From: Acidobacteriota bacterium
GTDB lineage: Bacteria > Acidobacteriota > Aminicenantia > UBA2199
Assembly: GCA_025456205.1 (NCBI GenBank)
Contig: JALOLA010000001.1
Span: 65,459 to 129,458 of the forward strand
Length of the DNA: 64,000 bases
Direction: 5' to 3'
The notes under the pieces are model-generated. The model searched no databases, was not told where the DNA came from, and was given only the letters and a program-made list of their open reading frames with translations. This document shows, piece after piece, positions 10,814 to 20,332 of this stretch (the first letter of the stretch is position 1; each line of letters opens with the position of its first letter). The translations under genes were made by a program, and so were the position numbers.

Positions 10814-11424
10814 AAGGAATAGGCGCCCCCGATCATGAGGGCGACGGATTCGCTCCTGGCCGCGGCCGCCGGGTCGACCAGGAAATTTCCCAGCCAGCGG
10901 TCGAAGCGCAGTTCGGCGCACAGGCGCCACGAACCGAGCGGAAGCTCATAGCCCAGCAGCGCGTTGAAACCAAGAACGAATTTCTTTGTGTTATCGGATA
11001 TATCGAAGCTTGTCCCCAGAGCGGGTATTTCCAGGTGATGGGAAAGAATGAAAACGAATGCCGGCCCCAGTGCGGCATAGGGGGAAGCGCCTTCCTTCAG
11101 CTTGTACTTGAAGAGGAGCGGGACGGTGATCGATGTATTGCGGTATATGCCGGAGACGGAAGTGCCGGGAACCGGAGCCAGCTCGGTCTTGGCCCCTTTT
11201 TCGCCGTAAACGATTTCGGCTTCCAGCTCCATCCTCTCGGCAATGGCAAAACCATAGCCCAGGCCGAAAACCAGTCCCGACTTTTGCTTCCGGCTCAGAG
11301 CGGCAACCTCGTCGGAGAAAAGGTATTTGCTGGAGTGCATGCCCAGCAAGGCCTTGATCTCACTCGCGGGGGCCGCTGGGGCCAGCAACAGGAGCAATAC
11401 GGTGGCGGAGAGCATGCGTTTCAT
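10810..11424 (-). CDS. Small outer-membrane beta-barrel protein (OmpA-like TM / OMP_b-brl type)
   Basis: Signal peptide MKRMLSATVLLLLLAPAAPASE and alternating beta-strand pattern. Start chosen from the promoter geometry. Confidence 0.65.
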   Translation of the reverse strand: MKRMLSATVLLLLLAPAAPASEIKALLGMHSSKYLFSDEVAALSRKQKSGLVFGLGYGFAIAERMELEAEIVYGEKGAKTELAPVPGTSVSGIYRNTSITVPLLFKYKLKEGASPYAALGPAFVFILSHHLEIPALGTSFDISDNTKKFVLGFNALLGYELPLGSWRLCAELRFDRWLGNFLVDPAAAARSESVALMIGGAYSL

Positions 11425-11431
11425 GGACATG

Positions 11432-11460
11432 AAAGTAGCACAATTGCCCCCGCTTTTCAA
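11432..11460 (-). promoter_or_regulatory. Promoter of the OMP-nitroreductase-MBL operon (leaderless geometry)
   Basis: Minus strand reads TTGAAA-17-TACTTT, then 7 nt, then ATG 11424. Confidence 0.55.
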
Positions 11461-11519
11461 CCGCGCGCTCGGGTGGCAGTGGGAAGGCTGCCCGTGTTTT
11501 TCCCGGGCGGGTTTTCCTG

Positions 11520-11548
11520 TTGACAATGGAGCGCGCATTTAGTAAGAT
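11520..11548 (+). promoter_or_regulatory. Promoter of the B12 riboswitch/btu operon
   Basis: TTGACA-atggagcgcgcatttag(17)-TAAGAT. Confidence 0.65.
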
Positions 11549-11554
11549 GAAAAT

Positions 11555-11712
11555 TGAGGCTTGGTTCAAGGGAAGAGGGTTCATCCCCACAGCCCCCGCT
11601 GCCGTGACCGGACCTGGGTTCAGGAAGCATCTTTGAAAGTCTCAGCCACTGCCCCGATGGGCGGGAAGGCTTTTTAAAGATTCCGGGAGTCGGAAGACCT
11701 ATCAAGCATCAG
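11555..11712 (+). promoter_or_regulatory. Cobalamin (B12) riboswitch
   Basis: Conserved elements AAGGGAAGAGGGU, GCCCCCGCUGC, GCCACUG...GGGAAGG. B12 box AGUCGGAAGACCUAUC. P1-like pairing GCUUG/CAAGC. Sits upstream of a TonB receptor and B12-type ABC genes. Confidence 0.85.
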
Positions 11713-11752
11713 CAAATTCCAACCGTCTGCGGAGGGCAGATCGAGGAGAAAA

Positions 11753-13594
11753 ATGAAACGTTCGTTTTCCGGAGCCCCGAGCGGGCATTGTCTGTTGCTT
11801 TCCATTGTTTTATCCTGCCTGTTCTTCCTGTCCCTGCCGGCGGCCGAGAAGGAGGAAAAGCCCGATGTCGAAGAAAAGATCGAGGTCATCGGCAGGGTGC
11901 CGCTGGTGCGCGCCCTGCAGAGCGTCTCGTTGCTGGACCGCGAGCGCATCGAGGCGGCCGGGACCGACGGCTTGAAAGGGCTGTTGGGCCAGTGTCCGGG
12001 GATGCTGGTCCTCAATGCCGGCAATCCGGCCCAGTTCGCCTACGGCTTCGCCCGCGGCGCCGCGGTGAACCAGATGCTGTACCTGGTCGACGGCGTCAAG
12101 CTGCACGATCCATCCTCCGCGCTGGCCGGCAACTATTCCTTCCTGGCGCCGCAGCTCATTGAGAAGGTCGAAGTGGTGCGCGGGCCCCTCAGCAATCTCT
12201 ACGGGTCGAGCGCCATGGGCGGCGTGATCAATGTCATCACCCGGAGAACGGAAGGGCTGCGCTTTTCCCTCTCCGGCGGCAGCCACGGCACACTGGGAGG
12301 CAACGTCCATTTCGGCAAGCGCCTGGGGGCGGTTCACGTGTCCCTCGGCGGCGACCTGCTGGATTATGATGAGGGGCTGGCCAATGACCGCTTCGAGCGC
12401 CGGAGCTTTTCCCTCCACTCAGGCTATGAAAACAACGATCTCTCCCTGGGGCTCTCCTGTTTCGGCACCCTGATCGCCGCCGGCATCCCCTGGAACCTGG
12501 GAGCGGCTACACCCCGGCGCGCCTATGAACAGGATAATTTCATCGTCGCCCTGCCGTTGAACGCGCGTGTCGGCCGCCGGGGCCGCCTGGACGTCACCGG
12601 TTCGCTGCATTGGAACCGCTACGATTTTTCCGATCCCGATGACCAATGGACCCCGCAATTCGCCAACGAGTCGTTCATGGCGGAGCTGCAGGCGAAGTAT
12701 TCCGCCCGCCTCGGCGAAAAGCTGAACCTGGTCGCCGGGGCCGACCTCTCGCTGCAGCGCATCGCAGCCAGCGAGAACCATCAGGCCCTGATCCCGAGCG
12801 CGGGTACGGAGGTCGTTTCGGCGTATGCCGAGCTGCAGGCCGATCTGGGGCGGATGCTGCTGGCCGGGTCGCTGCGCTTCGACAAATACGCGGCCCTGGA
12901 GGGGGTGCTCTCCCCGCACGTCGGCCTTTCATGGAATCTGGCTCCCGCCCTGAAGCTGCGGGCTTCGTTCTCGCGAAGTTTCCGCGCCCCGGCCCTGCCG
13001 GAGAAGCTCAACCCGTATTGGGGCAACCCGGGGCTGTCCCCCGAGACCGGGCGTTCGCTGGAAGCGGGGGCCGACCTCTACGTGGCCAACCTGGAGTGCG
13101 GCATCACGGCGTTCGCTTCCATGTACAGCAACCTGATCGGCTTCAGTCCGCTGACGGCCCGCTTCGCCAACATCAACCAGGCCGATATCCGCGGCGTTGA
13201 GGCGAGCCTGGGCTGGCGGGTCGGCCGCGGCCTCCATTGGCGGGCCGCCTACACCTACCTGCACACGCAGGACGTCCAGTACGAGCGCGAGTTGTTGCGG
13301 CGGCCGCGCCATGTTCTCAGCTCCGCCATCCTGTATCGGCTCCGCGCCATCACCCTATCGGCCGAAGTAGCCTACGTGGGCCGGCGCCTGGATTACGACG
13401 AGCTGCTCTGGACCGTTGCCGAAAGCCGGCCGTTCAGCCACGTCGCCGGCACGCTGAAGCTGCCGCTGCTGAAGAACATGACCGCTTCCTGCCGGGTGGA
13501 CAATGCCCTCAACGCACGCTTTGAGGAGGTGCTGGGCTATCCCGCACCCCGGCGCCGCTTCATGCTCGGCCTGGCCTACGGGGGGGGCGATTGA
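11753..13594 (+). CDS. btuB: TonB-dependent receptor, vitamin B12 transporter BtuB-like
   Basis: Signal peptide; plug motifs IEKVEVVRGP..LYGS.AMGGVINVITR; beta-barrel. Sits behind the B12 riboswitch. Confidence 0.85.
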   Translation: MKRSFSGAPSGHCLLLSIVLSCLFFLSLPAAEKEEKPDVEEKIEVIGRVPLVRALQSVSLLDRERIEAAGTDGLKGLLGQCPGMLVLNAGNPAQFAYGFARGAAVNQMLYLVDGVKLHDPSSALAGNYSFLAPQLIEKVEVVRGPLSNLYGSSAMGGVINVITRRTEGLRFSLSGGSHGTLGGNVHFGKRLGAVHVSLGGDLLDYDEGLANDRFERRSFSLHSGYENNDLSLGLSCFGTLIAAGIPWNLGAATPRRAYEQDNFIVALPLNARVGRRGRLDVTGSLHWNRYDFSDPDDQWTPQFANESFMAELQAKYSARLGEKLNLVAGADLSLQRIAASENHQALIPSAGTEVVSAYAELQADLGRMLLAGSLRFDKYAALEGVLSPHVGLSWNLAPALKLRASFSRSFRAPALPEKLNPYWGNPGLSPETGRSLEAGADLYVANLECGITAFASMYSNLIGFSPLTARFANINQADIRGVEASLGWRVGRGLHWRAAYTYLHTQDVQYERELLRRPRHVLSSAILYRLRAITLSAEVAYVGRRLDYDELLWTVAESRPFSHVAGTLKLPLLKNMTASCRVDNALNARFEEVLGYPAPRRRFMLGLAYGGGD

Positions 13595-14454
13595 GCCGTT
13601 CGCCGCTGCCGGCCACGGCCTCCCGGGGCGCCGCCGCTTTCCTTTGCCTGTTCCTCGCCGCCGCCGGGCTCTATCCCCAGCGGATCGTCTCACTGGCCCC
13701 GGGGCTGACCGAGATCGTCTTCGCCATCGGTCGCGGCGGCAACCTGGTGGGCGTGACCAAATTCTGCGACTTCCCCGAGGCGGCCAGGAACATCAAAAAG
13801 ATCGGCGGCTTCCTGGATGTCAGCATCGAGGCCCTGGTGGCCCTGGCTCCCGATATCGTGATCGCCTACCCCGAGCATGCCGGCAAAATGAGGTCCCTGC
13901 CGCCACGGGTGCGGCTGGTCACGGTGCGCCACGACCGCCTGGCCGACCTGCTGCGATCGATCGGCGAGATCGGCCGGGCGCTGAACAGCGAAAGGGAGTC
14001 CGAGCGCCTGCGCGTCGCCATCCGCAGCAAACTGCGCCAGGTGGCGCAGCGGGTGCAAGGGCGGCGCAAGGTGCGCACCCTGTGCATCGCCGGCAGGAAT
14101 GCCGATGAGTTGAAGAACATGTTCATCATCGGCCGGAACGATTTCCTGAACGACCTGCTGGAGATCGCCGGCGGCATGAACGCCTATCGCGGCGCCGTCG
14201 CTTATCCCAACATTTCACTGGAGTCGGTGATCGCCCTGGATCCGGAATTCATTCTCGAGATCTCCTCACATTATGAAGGCATAAGCGACGAGCGCATTTT
14301 CGCGCTGTGGCGCCCCCTGGGCATGGTGACGGCGGTGGTCGAGAAGAAAGTGCGGATCATCAAGGATCCCGCCTGGCTCAGGCCGGGGCCGCGGGTCGGC
14401 CTTGTCGCCGAGGAAATGGCCGGCCTGCTGCATGGGCCGGTCCGGCTGCCATGA
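13591..14454 (+). CDS. Periplasmic cobalamin/iron-siderophore binding protein (BtuF-like, ABC SBP)
   Basis: RIVSLAPGLTEIVFAIG...LVGVT.FCDFP...IEALVALAPDIV is typical of PF01497 BtuF-like proteins. Confidence 0.8.
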   Translation: MSRSPLPATASRGAAAFLCLFLAAAGLYPQRIVSLAPGLTEIVFAIGRGGNLVGVTKFCDFPEAARNIKKIGGFLDVSIEALVALAPDIVIAYPEHAGKMRSLPPRVRLVTVRHDRLADLLRSIGEIGRALNSERESERLRVAIRSKLRQVAQRVQGRRKVRTLCIAGRNADELKNMFIIGRNDFLNDLLEIAGGMNAYRGAVAYPNISLESVIALDPEFILEISSHYEGISDERIFALWRPLGMVTAVVEKKVRIIKDPAWLRPGPRVGLVAEEMAGLLHGPVRLP

Positions 14455-15227
14455 GCGGCGACGGATCCTGCCGGATCGAGGCCAGGGGCCTGTCCTATCG
14501 CGCCGGCTCGCGATCGATCCTCCAGGGACTGGATTTCTCGATAGAGCCGGGGGATTTCGTCCTGGTCTTCGGCCGCAACGGAGCCGGGAAGTCGACACTG
14601 CTGCGCATCCTGGCCGGGATGCTGCGCGCCGAAACGGGGGAGATACTGCTGGCCGGCCGCAGTGTAAGCGACTATTCCAAGAGGGAGCTGGCCGCCCGCC
14701 TCTGCTATTTGCCGCAATCCGACGAGTTCGCGCTGCCGATCCTGGTCCGGGACGTCCTGCTGGCCGGGCGTTACCCCTATCGCTCGCTTTTCAAAAAGCT
14801 GGGCGATCGGGACCGGGAGATCTTCAGCGCCGGGGTCGAGCAGTTCCAGCTCGGGGACCTGCTCGGGCGCAACATGCAGACGCTGAGCGGCGGAGAGAGA
14901 AAAAAGGTGCTGCTGGCCAGCGCTTTCATCCAGGACGTGCCGCTGATCCTCCTCGACGAGCCGCTGAATTTTCTTGATCCCGGCAGCGCCTTTCGCCTGG
15001 TGCGGATGCTGGAAGCGCTGAACAGGAACGGCAAGACGATCGTGGCGGTGTCGCATGAGCTGGGGCACTTGTTTTCACTGGCCAGCAAGCTGCTGGCACT
15101 GAAGAACGGCGCCTTGCGCTATTTCGGAGCCAGAGCTTTTTCCCCCGAGATGCTCCGCGACGTCTACCAGGTCTCGTTCCAGAGGATCGAGGCCGCGGGC
15201 CGGGAGATCATCTATGCCCAGGAATAA
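14451..15227 (+). CDS. ABC transporter ATP-binding protein (BtuD/FepC type)
   Basis: Walker A GRNGAGKST, signature LSGGERKK, Walker B LILLDEP. ATGA overlap with the upstream gene. Confidence 0.9.
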   Translation: MSGDGSCRIEARGLSYRAGSRSILQGLDFSIEPGDFVLVFGRNGAGKSTLLRILAGMLRAETGEILLAGRSVSDYSKRELAARLCYLPQSDEFALPILVRDVLLAGRYPYRSLFKKLGDRDREIFSAGVEQFQLGDLLGRNMQTLSGGERKKVLLASAFIQDVPLILLDEPLNFLDPGSAFRLVRMLEALNRNGKTIVAVSHELGHLFSLASKLLALKNGALRYFGARAFSPEMLRDVYQVSFQRIEAAGREIIYAQE

Positions 15228-16194
15228 GAAGCTCTGGCTGCTGGCAGGGCTGGTGCTTTTGCTGCTGGCGGCCACGCCCTTCATTGGCGTCGTCGCCATC
15301 GACCTGGGCTCCCTTTTGCGGCAGACTCCCGGCAGCTTCATTTTTTGGCAATTGCGCCTTCCCCGCGCCCTGCTCGGTTTTGCCGCCGGGGGCATCCTCG
15401 CCCTGTCCGGGCTGGTCTGCCAGAACCTGTTCAAGAACAATCTGGCCACCCCGGACCTGCTGGGCATATCGTCCGGGGCCGCGGCCGGTACCGTCGTTGC
15501 CCTCAAGTTCAACATCCAGCTCACATTCCTGGGCATCGGCGGCCTTTATATATCCTCGTTCCTCGGCGCCCTCTCGGCGATCGTGTTCATTTTCACCGTG
15601 GCGCGCTGGATACGGAATTCTTCGGTGTACACGCTGCTGATGTCCGGCGTGGCCATCAATTTCTTTTATTCGTCGATCATCGTCATATTCCAGTATGTTT
15701 TCGATTTCTCGGACACCTTCTCGCTGCTGCGTTGGCTGATGGGCGGCATCGCCGTCGCCGGCTACAAGGAGGTCCTGTTCCTTCTCGCCCTGCTGGCCCT
15801 GTTCCTGATCCTGGCTTTCCTTTTCCGCAGCGAATTCCTGCTGATCTCGGCCGGGGATGATTTCGCCATGAGCCGCGGCCTGAATGCCGCCGTTTTCAGG
15901 AAATATTCGTTCCTGGCCCTGGCGGTCTTTGTCGGTGCCGTGGTCTCCATCTGCGGCCCCATCGGCTTCGTCGCCCTGGTCGTGCCGCACGTGTCCAGGT
16001 CATGGGGCGCCGGCCGCTATCGGGCGACGGTGGGCTTCACGTTCCTGCTGGGAGGCGGCCTCCTCGTTGCGGCCGACCTGTTGTCGCGATTGCTCGCGCC
16101 CCCGGTGGAGATCCCGGTCGGGATCGTGACCTCGCTGATGGGGGCGCCTTTCTTCCTGGCGCTGCTGGTCGCTCAGCTGAAAAAGGTGGACTGA
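15214..16194 (+). CDS. FecCD-family ABC permease (BtuC-like)
   Basis: Multi-TM protein with FecCD-like sequence. Last gene of the riboswitch operon. Confidence 0.9.
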   Translation: MPRNKKLWLLAGLVLLLLAATPFIGVVAIDLGSLLRQTPGSFIFWQLRLPRALLGFAAGGILALSGLVCQNLFKNNLATPDLLGISSGAAAGTVVALKFNIQLTFLGIGGLYISSFLGALSAIVFIFTVARWIRNSSVYTLLMSGVAINFFYSSIIVIFQYVFDFSDTFSLLRWLMGGIAVAGYKEVLFLLALLALFLILAFLFRSEFLLISAGDDFAMSRGLNAAVFRKYSFLALAVFVGAVVSICGPIGFVALVVPHVSRSWGAGRYRATVGFTFLLGGGLLVAADLLSRLLAPPVEIPVGIVTSLMGAPFFLALLVAQLKKVD

Positions 16195-16199
16195 GCCGG

Positions 16200-18254
16200 T
16201 TACTCCTTTTTCAGCGTCAGCTCCTCGTAGCCGACGAGCATCGACGGCGAGGACGACTTCAGCACTTCAAAGACAATGCGGCTCTCCCTGCCGGCGTTCG
16301 GCACCGAGGTCTCGAACAGCCGCACCTCGTCCTTTTTCAGGTCGCGGAAGAGCAGCTGGTCGACCATGGCCGCGCCGGCATAGACGCGCACGATCAGGTA
16401 CTCGGCCTCGGCCGGATAAGTGAGGCTGCCGTGGATCAGCACCTGCTCGGCGCGGGTGGCCGCGCCGCCGCTGGCGATCTCCCGGCCGTCCATGTCGGTG
16501 ATCTTGCGGATGCCGATCTTGGCCCCGGGCACGATGATCTTCACTTCCTGGATGCCGCTCTCGGCCACGATGCTGCGGCCGCTGTCCATGGCCCGCACCT
16601 TCCAGTAGGTCCAGCTGTTGCGGCGGATCGAGCCCCAGGTCTCCGCATCGGGAGTATAGCGCAGACGCTCGGGGCAGTCCCGCCATTCCAGCTCGGCGTC
16701 GCTGCGCAGCAGCGGGAAAAGGCTGTTGGCGAAGGCCACTTGGTAATAGGAGCCGCCCAGGGCGCTTTCCCAGGAGAAACTCGCAACCTCGTCCTCCTTG
16801 ATGACCGCTCCGTCCCTGGGCGACAGCACCACGATCTCGTTCTCGTAGGGCAGGACGAAGTAGCGCAGCAGCGGGAAGACCACCTCGCCCGCCGGCCGCG
16901 TCAGCTGCACGGTGACGGTGTGCATGCCGGGATCGAAGACCGGCAGCCCCGGCACCTCCGGAGTGAGGATGGTGCGGATCTGGCCTTGGTAGACGGTCTC
17001 GTTGAAGAACTGGTAAGGCTGGCCGTCCACCATCCAGTAGCCGGTGACGATGCCCGTGCCGCGCATCTTCATCCTCAATTGGGCGCGGATGTTTTTGGAT
17101 TTCTTGGGGACGACCTTGTAGTACTTGCCGTTGTCGAGGGTGATCTCGGCGATCTCCACGTTCACCTGGTCGCAGACGCCGATGACGCGCAGCGCGGCCT
17201 GGAACACCTTGGCGCTGGCACCGTTCTCGTCGCGGGCGCTGATGGTGTAGTTGCCGGGGCGCTTGTAGACATGGGTGATCGTGGTCGGGCCGGAGACGCC
17301 GGCGCGACGGCCGAGGGCGGCAGCGCTGCCGGGAGCGGAGGCGATGGAGCCGTCGCCGAAGTCCCAGAGCACCTGCGGGCCGCGGAAGTTGAGTGCCGTG
17401 AAGGTCACCGGCTCGTCGGGCCGCGCTTCCGTGGCCGACAGCGCCAGCGAGCGGTTCTCGGGCAGGATGGTGATCGACTTGCTGGCCGGGGCGACGTCCA
17501 CCAGGCCGTGCTCCTTGGCGGTGATGGTAAAGACCCCCGGGTTCTGGTAGCGGTGGCTGACCGCCGTGGAATAGGTCACCAACGGCGTGCCGTCGCCGAA
17601 GTTCCAGTCGATGGCGTCGCTCTGGAAGCCGCTGGCCAGGATGTCCACCGCCTGGTCGACCCGCGGCAGCGCCGGGCTGAAGGAGATGCCGCGCGTCAGG
17701 GTCACGGCGAAGGACACCGGGGTGGTCTTGGTGTCGCCGTTCCAGTCAAAGGCGCGCACCGTGAAGTTGCCACCTTTCTTGAATATATGTAGAATGACGC
17801 TCCCGCGATTGGCGTAGGTCGTGCCGTCGCCCATGTCCCAGGTGATGTTGTTCGCTGTCTGAAAATTGACGGCCGTGAAGGTGAGCGGCTGGCCGACGTT
17901 CGGCTTGGCCGGCGTGACGGTGATGTAGCGGTGCTCGACGATGGTCACGGTCCGGTACTCGTCCTGGGGGCAGATGGGAGTGGAGACCGGGTAGCGGCGA
18001 AAATGCATCGTGAAGGTCCCGGGGTTCTTGTAGGCATGGTAGCGGTAGGTTGAGTAGAAATCGCTATCCTGCCCGCCGGTCAGCGTCCCGTCGCCCCAGA
18101 ACATGTTGGCATTAACGTATTCAAGACAGTCGATGCGCGCCCCGATGTTCTGGCCGACATTGACCGTACCCGAGGAGGGGTTGGTGTGGATGGTCGCCAG
18201 CAGGGCGACCATGAGGCCGGTCACGATCAAGATAAAAAAGAGCGTTCTTTTCAT
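16200..18254 (-). CDS. PKD-repeat surface/periplasmic protein, uncharacterised C-terminal half
   Basis: N-terminal signal/anchor. Four PKD-like units (W.[FM]GDG...H.Y..PG.[FY]T[IM]). About 330 aa of unassigned beta-rich sequence follows. Confidence 0.8.
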   Translation of the reverse strand: MKRTLFFILIVTGLMVALLATIHTNPSSGTVNVGQNIGARIDCLEYVNANMFWGDGTLTGGQDSDFYSTYRYHAYKNPGTFTMHFRRYPVSTPICPQDEYRTVTIVEHRYITVTPAKPNVGQPLTFTAVNFQTANNITWDMGDGTTYANRGSVILHIFKKGGNFTVRAFDWNGDTKTTPVSFAVTLTRGISFSPALPRVDQAVDILASGFQSDAIDWNFGDGTPLVTYSTAVSHRYQNPGVFTITAKEHGLVDVAPASKSITILPENRSLALSATEARPDEPVTFTALNFRGPQVLWDFGDGSIASAPGSAAALGRRAGVSGPTTITHVYKRPGNYTISARDENGASAKVFQAALRVIGVCDQVNVEIAEITLDNGKYYKVVPKKSKNIRAQLRMKMRGTGIVTGYWMVDGQPYQFFNETVYQGQIRTILTPEVPGLPVFDPGMHTVTVQLTRPAGEVVFPLLRYFVLPYENEIVVLSPRDGAVIKEDEVASFSWESALGGSYYQVAFANSLFPLLRSDAELEWRDCPERLRYTPDAETWGSIRRNSWTYWKVRAMDSGRSIVAESGIQEVKIIVPGAKIGIRKITDMDGREIASGGAATRAEQVLIHGSLTYPAEAEYLIVRVYAGAAMVDQLLFRDLKKDEVRLFETSVPNAGRESRIVFEVLKSSSPSMLVGYEELTLKKE

Positions 18255-18263
18255 TGTTGACTC

Positions 18264-20174
18264 CTAGAAAGCGATATCCGCCTGCAGGTGGAAGATCGAC
18301 GCGTTGGTTTTCGTGTCCCCGTACTTGGCGCCCTGGAACATGGATTTCAGGGAGAGGGAGGGGCGGATCTTGTCCTTGAACAGCTTGGCCGCGAAGAAAT
18401 TCAGATTGCAGCCCGCCGTCCAGTTGGCGCTCGTGCCGTACGGATTGTCGTTGTTCATATACGAGGAGGAAATGGTCAGGGAGAGGTACTGGGGGATGAA
18501 GGTGATCTCGGAGTTAAGGTAGAGGTTGTAGATGGTCGACTTGCTGCCGTCGCACAGGTTCTCGTTCTCCTGGTAGCTGAGGGTGGGGTTGAGGCTCATG
18601 AAGCGCCCGAAACGCAGGTTCAGGGCCAGCGAGGCGTTCAGGTTGGCGGTGAATTTGAGCGACTCGGTCCGGCCCACGTTGATGTTGATGCCGTTGGATC
18701 CGGCAATGTAGCCGAAGGAGGCGCTGTAGCTGTTGGTGTTCATGTCGGACGATGACGTCTGCAGGCCGGTCGACGAATCATAGTCGAGATTGTCGCGCGA
18801 CAGGTCGGCCCCGATGCGAAAATGACTGCCGAGGCCCCAGTTGAAGGTCGTCCCGATGCGCTTCTGGTGCAGCGCGTCCTGGACAAGGCTGTGCAGGTAG
18901 TTCTTCTTGTCGACATAGGTCACATTCCAGGAGAACGACTTGATGTTCAGCCCCAGGTTGCTGCTCAGGCCTTCGCGGTCGTTCTGCAGGAACAGGTTGG
19001 CGATCGAGTTGAAGCGATCGCCGATCTCCTCGTAATCGGCGGCGAAGGAGAGGATGCCGTGGTTGTATTTCAGCCCGGCCTTCCAGGCAGTGTCGCTTTC
19101 CTTGTTCAAGGCGGCCTCGTCCTCGCCGGCGGCATAGTTGCTGGAGGAGATCTCGCCCGCCAGCTGCAGGCGGTTCTTGAGCAGGCTCAGTTCCCCCCAG
19201 AGGGAGAAGACGTCCCCGGCGCGATAGGGGTTCTGGCTGTAGGAGACGGTCTTGCTGTCCAGGTTGTCCTTGCCGGTCATGAACATGCCGCGCAGTTTGA
19301 AAGTGTTCTTCAGTTTGATCCCGGCGACGGCGCCGAAAATGCCGGCCGCGGCGTCCGGGACGCCGTAGCCGTCAAAGCCGGTCTTTTGCTGGGAGTTGGC
19401 ATAGAAGGAGTTCATGTAAAGGCTCTTGCCGACATATTCGAGGCGCAGGCCGCGGCGGTTCAGATAGGAGGTGGTGAACTCGGTCTCGTTCACCGCGACG
19501 TCGCCGGCCTCGATCTGCATGCCGCCCTTCTTGAAGCGCACCATCATGCTGGAGAGGTTGATCCGCGTCTCCTTCGTTTCGTAGGGGTCGATGTGGACGA
19601 AATTGGTGTCGAGGTCCAGCTGATAGTTGTTCTTGACGATATTTTTATAGATCCTGAGGTTGCCGTTGGCGGTATAGTTCTGCTGGTAGTAGCCGCTGTC
19701 ATTCTCTTCATCCAGCTTGGTCGAGGTCGACAGCGAAGCGTTGACGTTGAACGGCAGCTCGGGCTTGCGCCGCGGCGCCGTGGGCGATTCGCCGCTCTGG
19801 AAATAGATCTCCGGGGACTTCTCGCGGGTGAAGCCGGGAACCGTGTGGGTGAGGGAGACCGGGACCATCTTGCCGCCCCTCTTCTCGGCCACGAAGTATT
19901 CGATGTTCCTGCCGTAGAGGTTCCCGGTGGGGATGCGGCAGAGGAAGACGCCGGCGGCGTCGGCCTGCATTTTCCTGACCTGGAAGCCCTCCACCCCGTC
20001 GGTGCGGTAATGGATGAAATAAATCCCCTGTTGCTGCGGCGGCGTGATGCGGATGACGACCTGGTCGGCCGCCTTTTCCACCCGCGGCAGGAAATTGCCC
20101 CGCTGCAGCGATTGGCCGAGAACGGCCTGAACCAGCAAAAAAATCCCGGCAAGGATCACGAGTTTTTTCACCAT
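18264..20174 (-). CDS. Large outer-membrane beta-barrel protein with N-terminal soluble domain, family unknown
   Basis: Signal peptide MVKKLVILAGIFLLVQAVLG, long amphipathic strand pattern, C-terminal ...HLQADIAF (terminal Phe). GGAG 6 nt before ATG 20174. Confidence 0.7.
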   Translation of the reverse strand: MVKKLVILAGIFLLVQAVLGQSLQRGNFLPRVEKAADQVVIRITPPQQQGIYFIHYRTDGVEGFQVRKMQADAAGVFLCRIPTGNLYGRNIEYFVAEKRGGKMVPVSLTHTVPGFTREKSPEIYFQSGESPTAPRRKPELPFNVNASLSTSTKLDEENDSGYYQQNYTANGNLRIYKNIVKNNYQLDLDTNFVHIDPYETKETRINLSSMMVRFKKGGMQIEAGDVAVNETEFTTSYLNRRGLRLEYVGKSLYMNSFYANSQQKTGFDGYGVPDAAAGIFGAVAGIKLKNTFKLRGMFMTGKDNLDSKTVSYSQNPYRAGDVFSLWGELSLLKNRLQLAGEISSSNYAAGEDEAALNKESDTAWKAGLKYNHGILSFAADYEEIGDRFNSIANLFLQNDREGLSSNLGLNIKSFSWNVTYVDKKNYLHSLVQDALHQKRIGTTFNWGLGSHFRIGADLSRDNLDYDSSTGLQTSSSDMNTNSYSASFGYIAGSNGININVGRTESLKFTANLNASLALNLRFGRFMSLNPTLSYQENENLCDGSKSTIYNLYLNSEITFIPQYLSLTISSSYMNNDNPYGTSANWTAGCNLNFFAAKLFKDKIRPSLSLKSMFQGAKYGDTKTNASIFHLQADIAF

Positions 20175-20332
20175 GGTTTTCTCCATTATATATATGTGAA
20201 AAAATAACATAATTCTAGATAAAAATACAATATGATTTATCTCAATTAAATTATTTAGTATAATATGGCGGCGGCCAATGCAGAACCGATGATCAACCAA
20301 AATAAAGTACCCTGCCGCACGCAGGCAGAGAA

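Noticed and set aside
12331-12346. GGTTCACGTGTCCCTC and other CACGTG-containing sites considered as additional parS.
   Set aside because: Only the central CACGTG matches and the flanking half-sites do not. It lies inside btuB coding sequence.
13580-13587. A G8 homopolymer at the very end of btuB, just before the btuF start; considered as a slipped-strand phase-variation switch.
   Set aside because: Only the last four codons of btuB would be affected. A +1 slip would merely fuse frames with btuF. There is no second tract or other sign of contingency behaviour. It is more likely an incidental Gly run, or at most a sequencing-error hotspot.
16002-17792. A 596-aa plus-strand ORF opposite the PKD-repeat gene and overlapping the btuC end.
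   Set aside because: The translation is Arg/Gly/Ala/Asp/His-rich with no motifs. The minus-strand product has a signal peptide and repeated PKD units.
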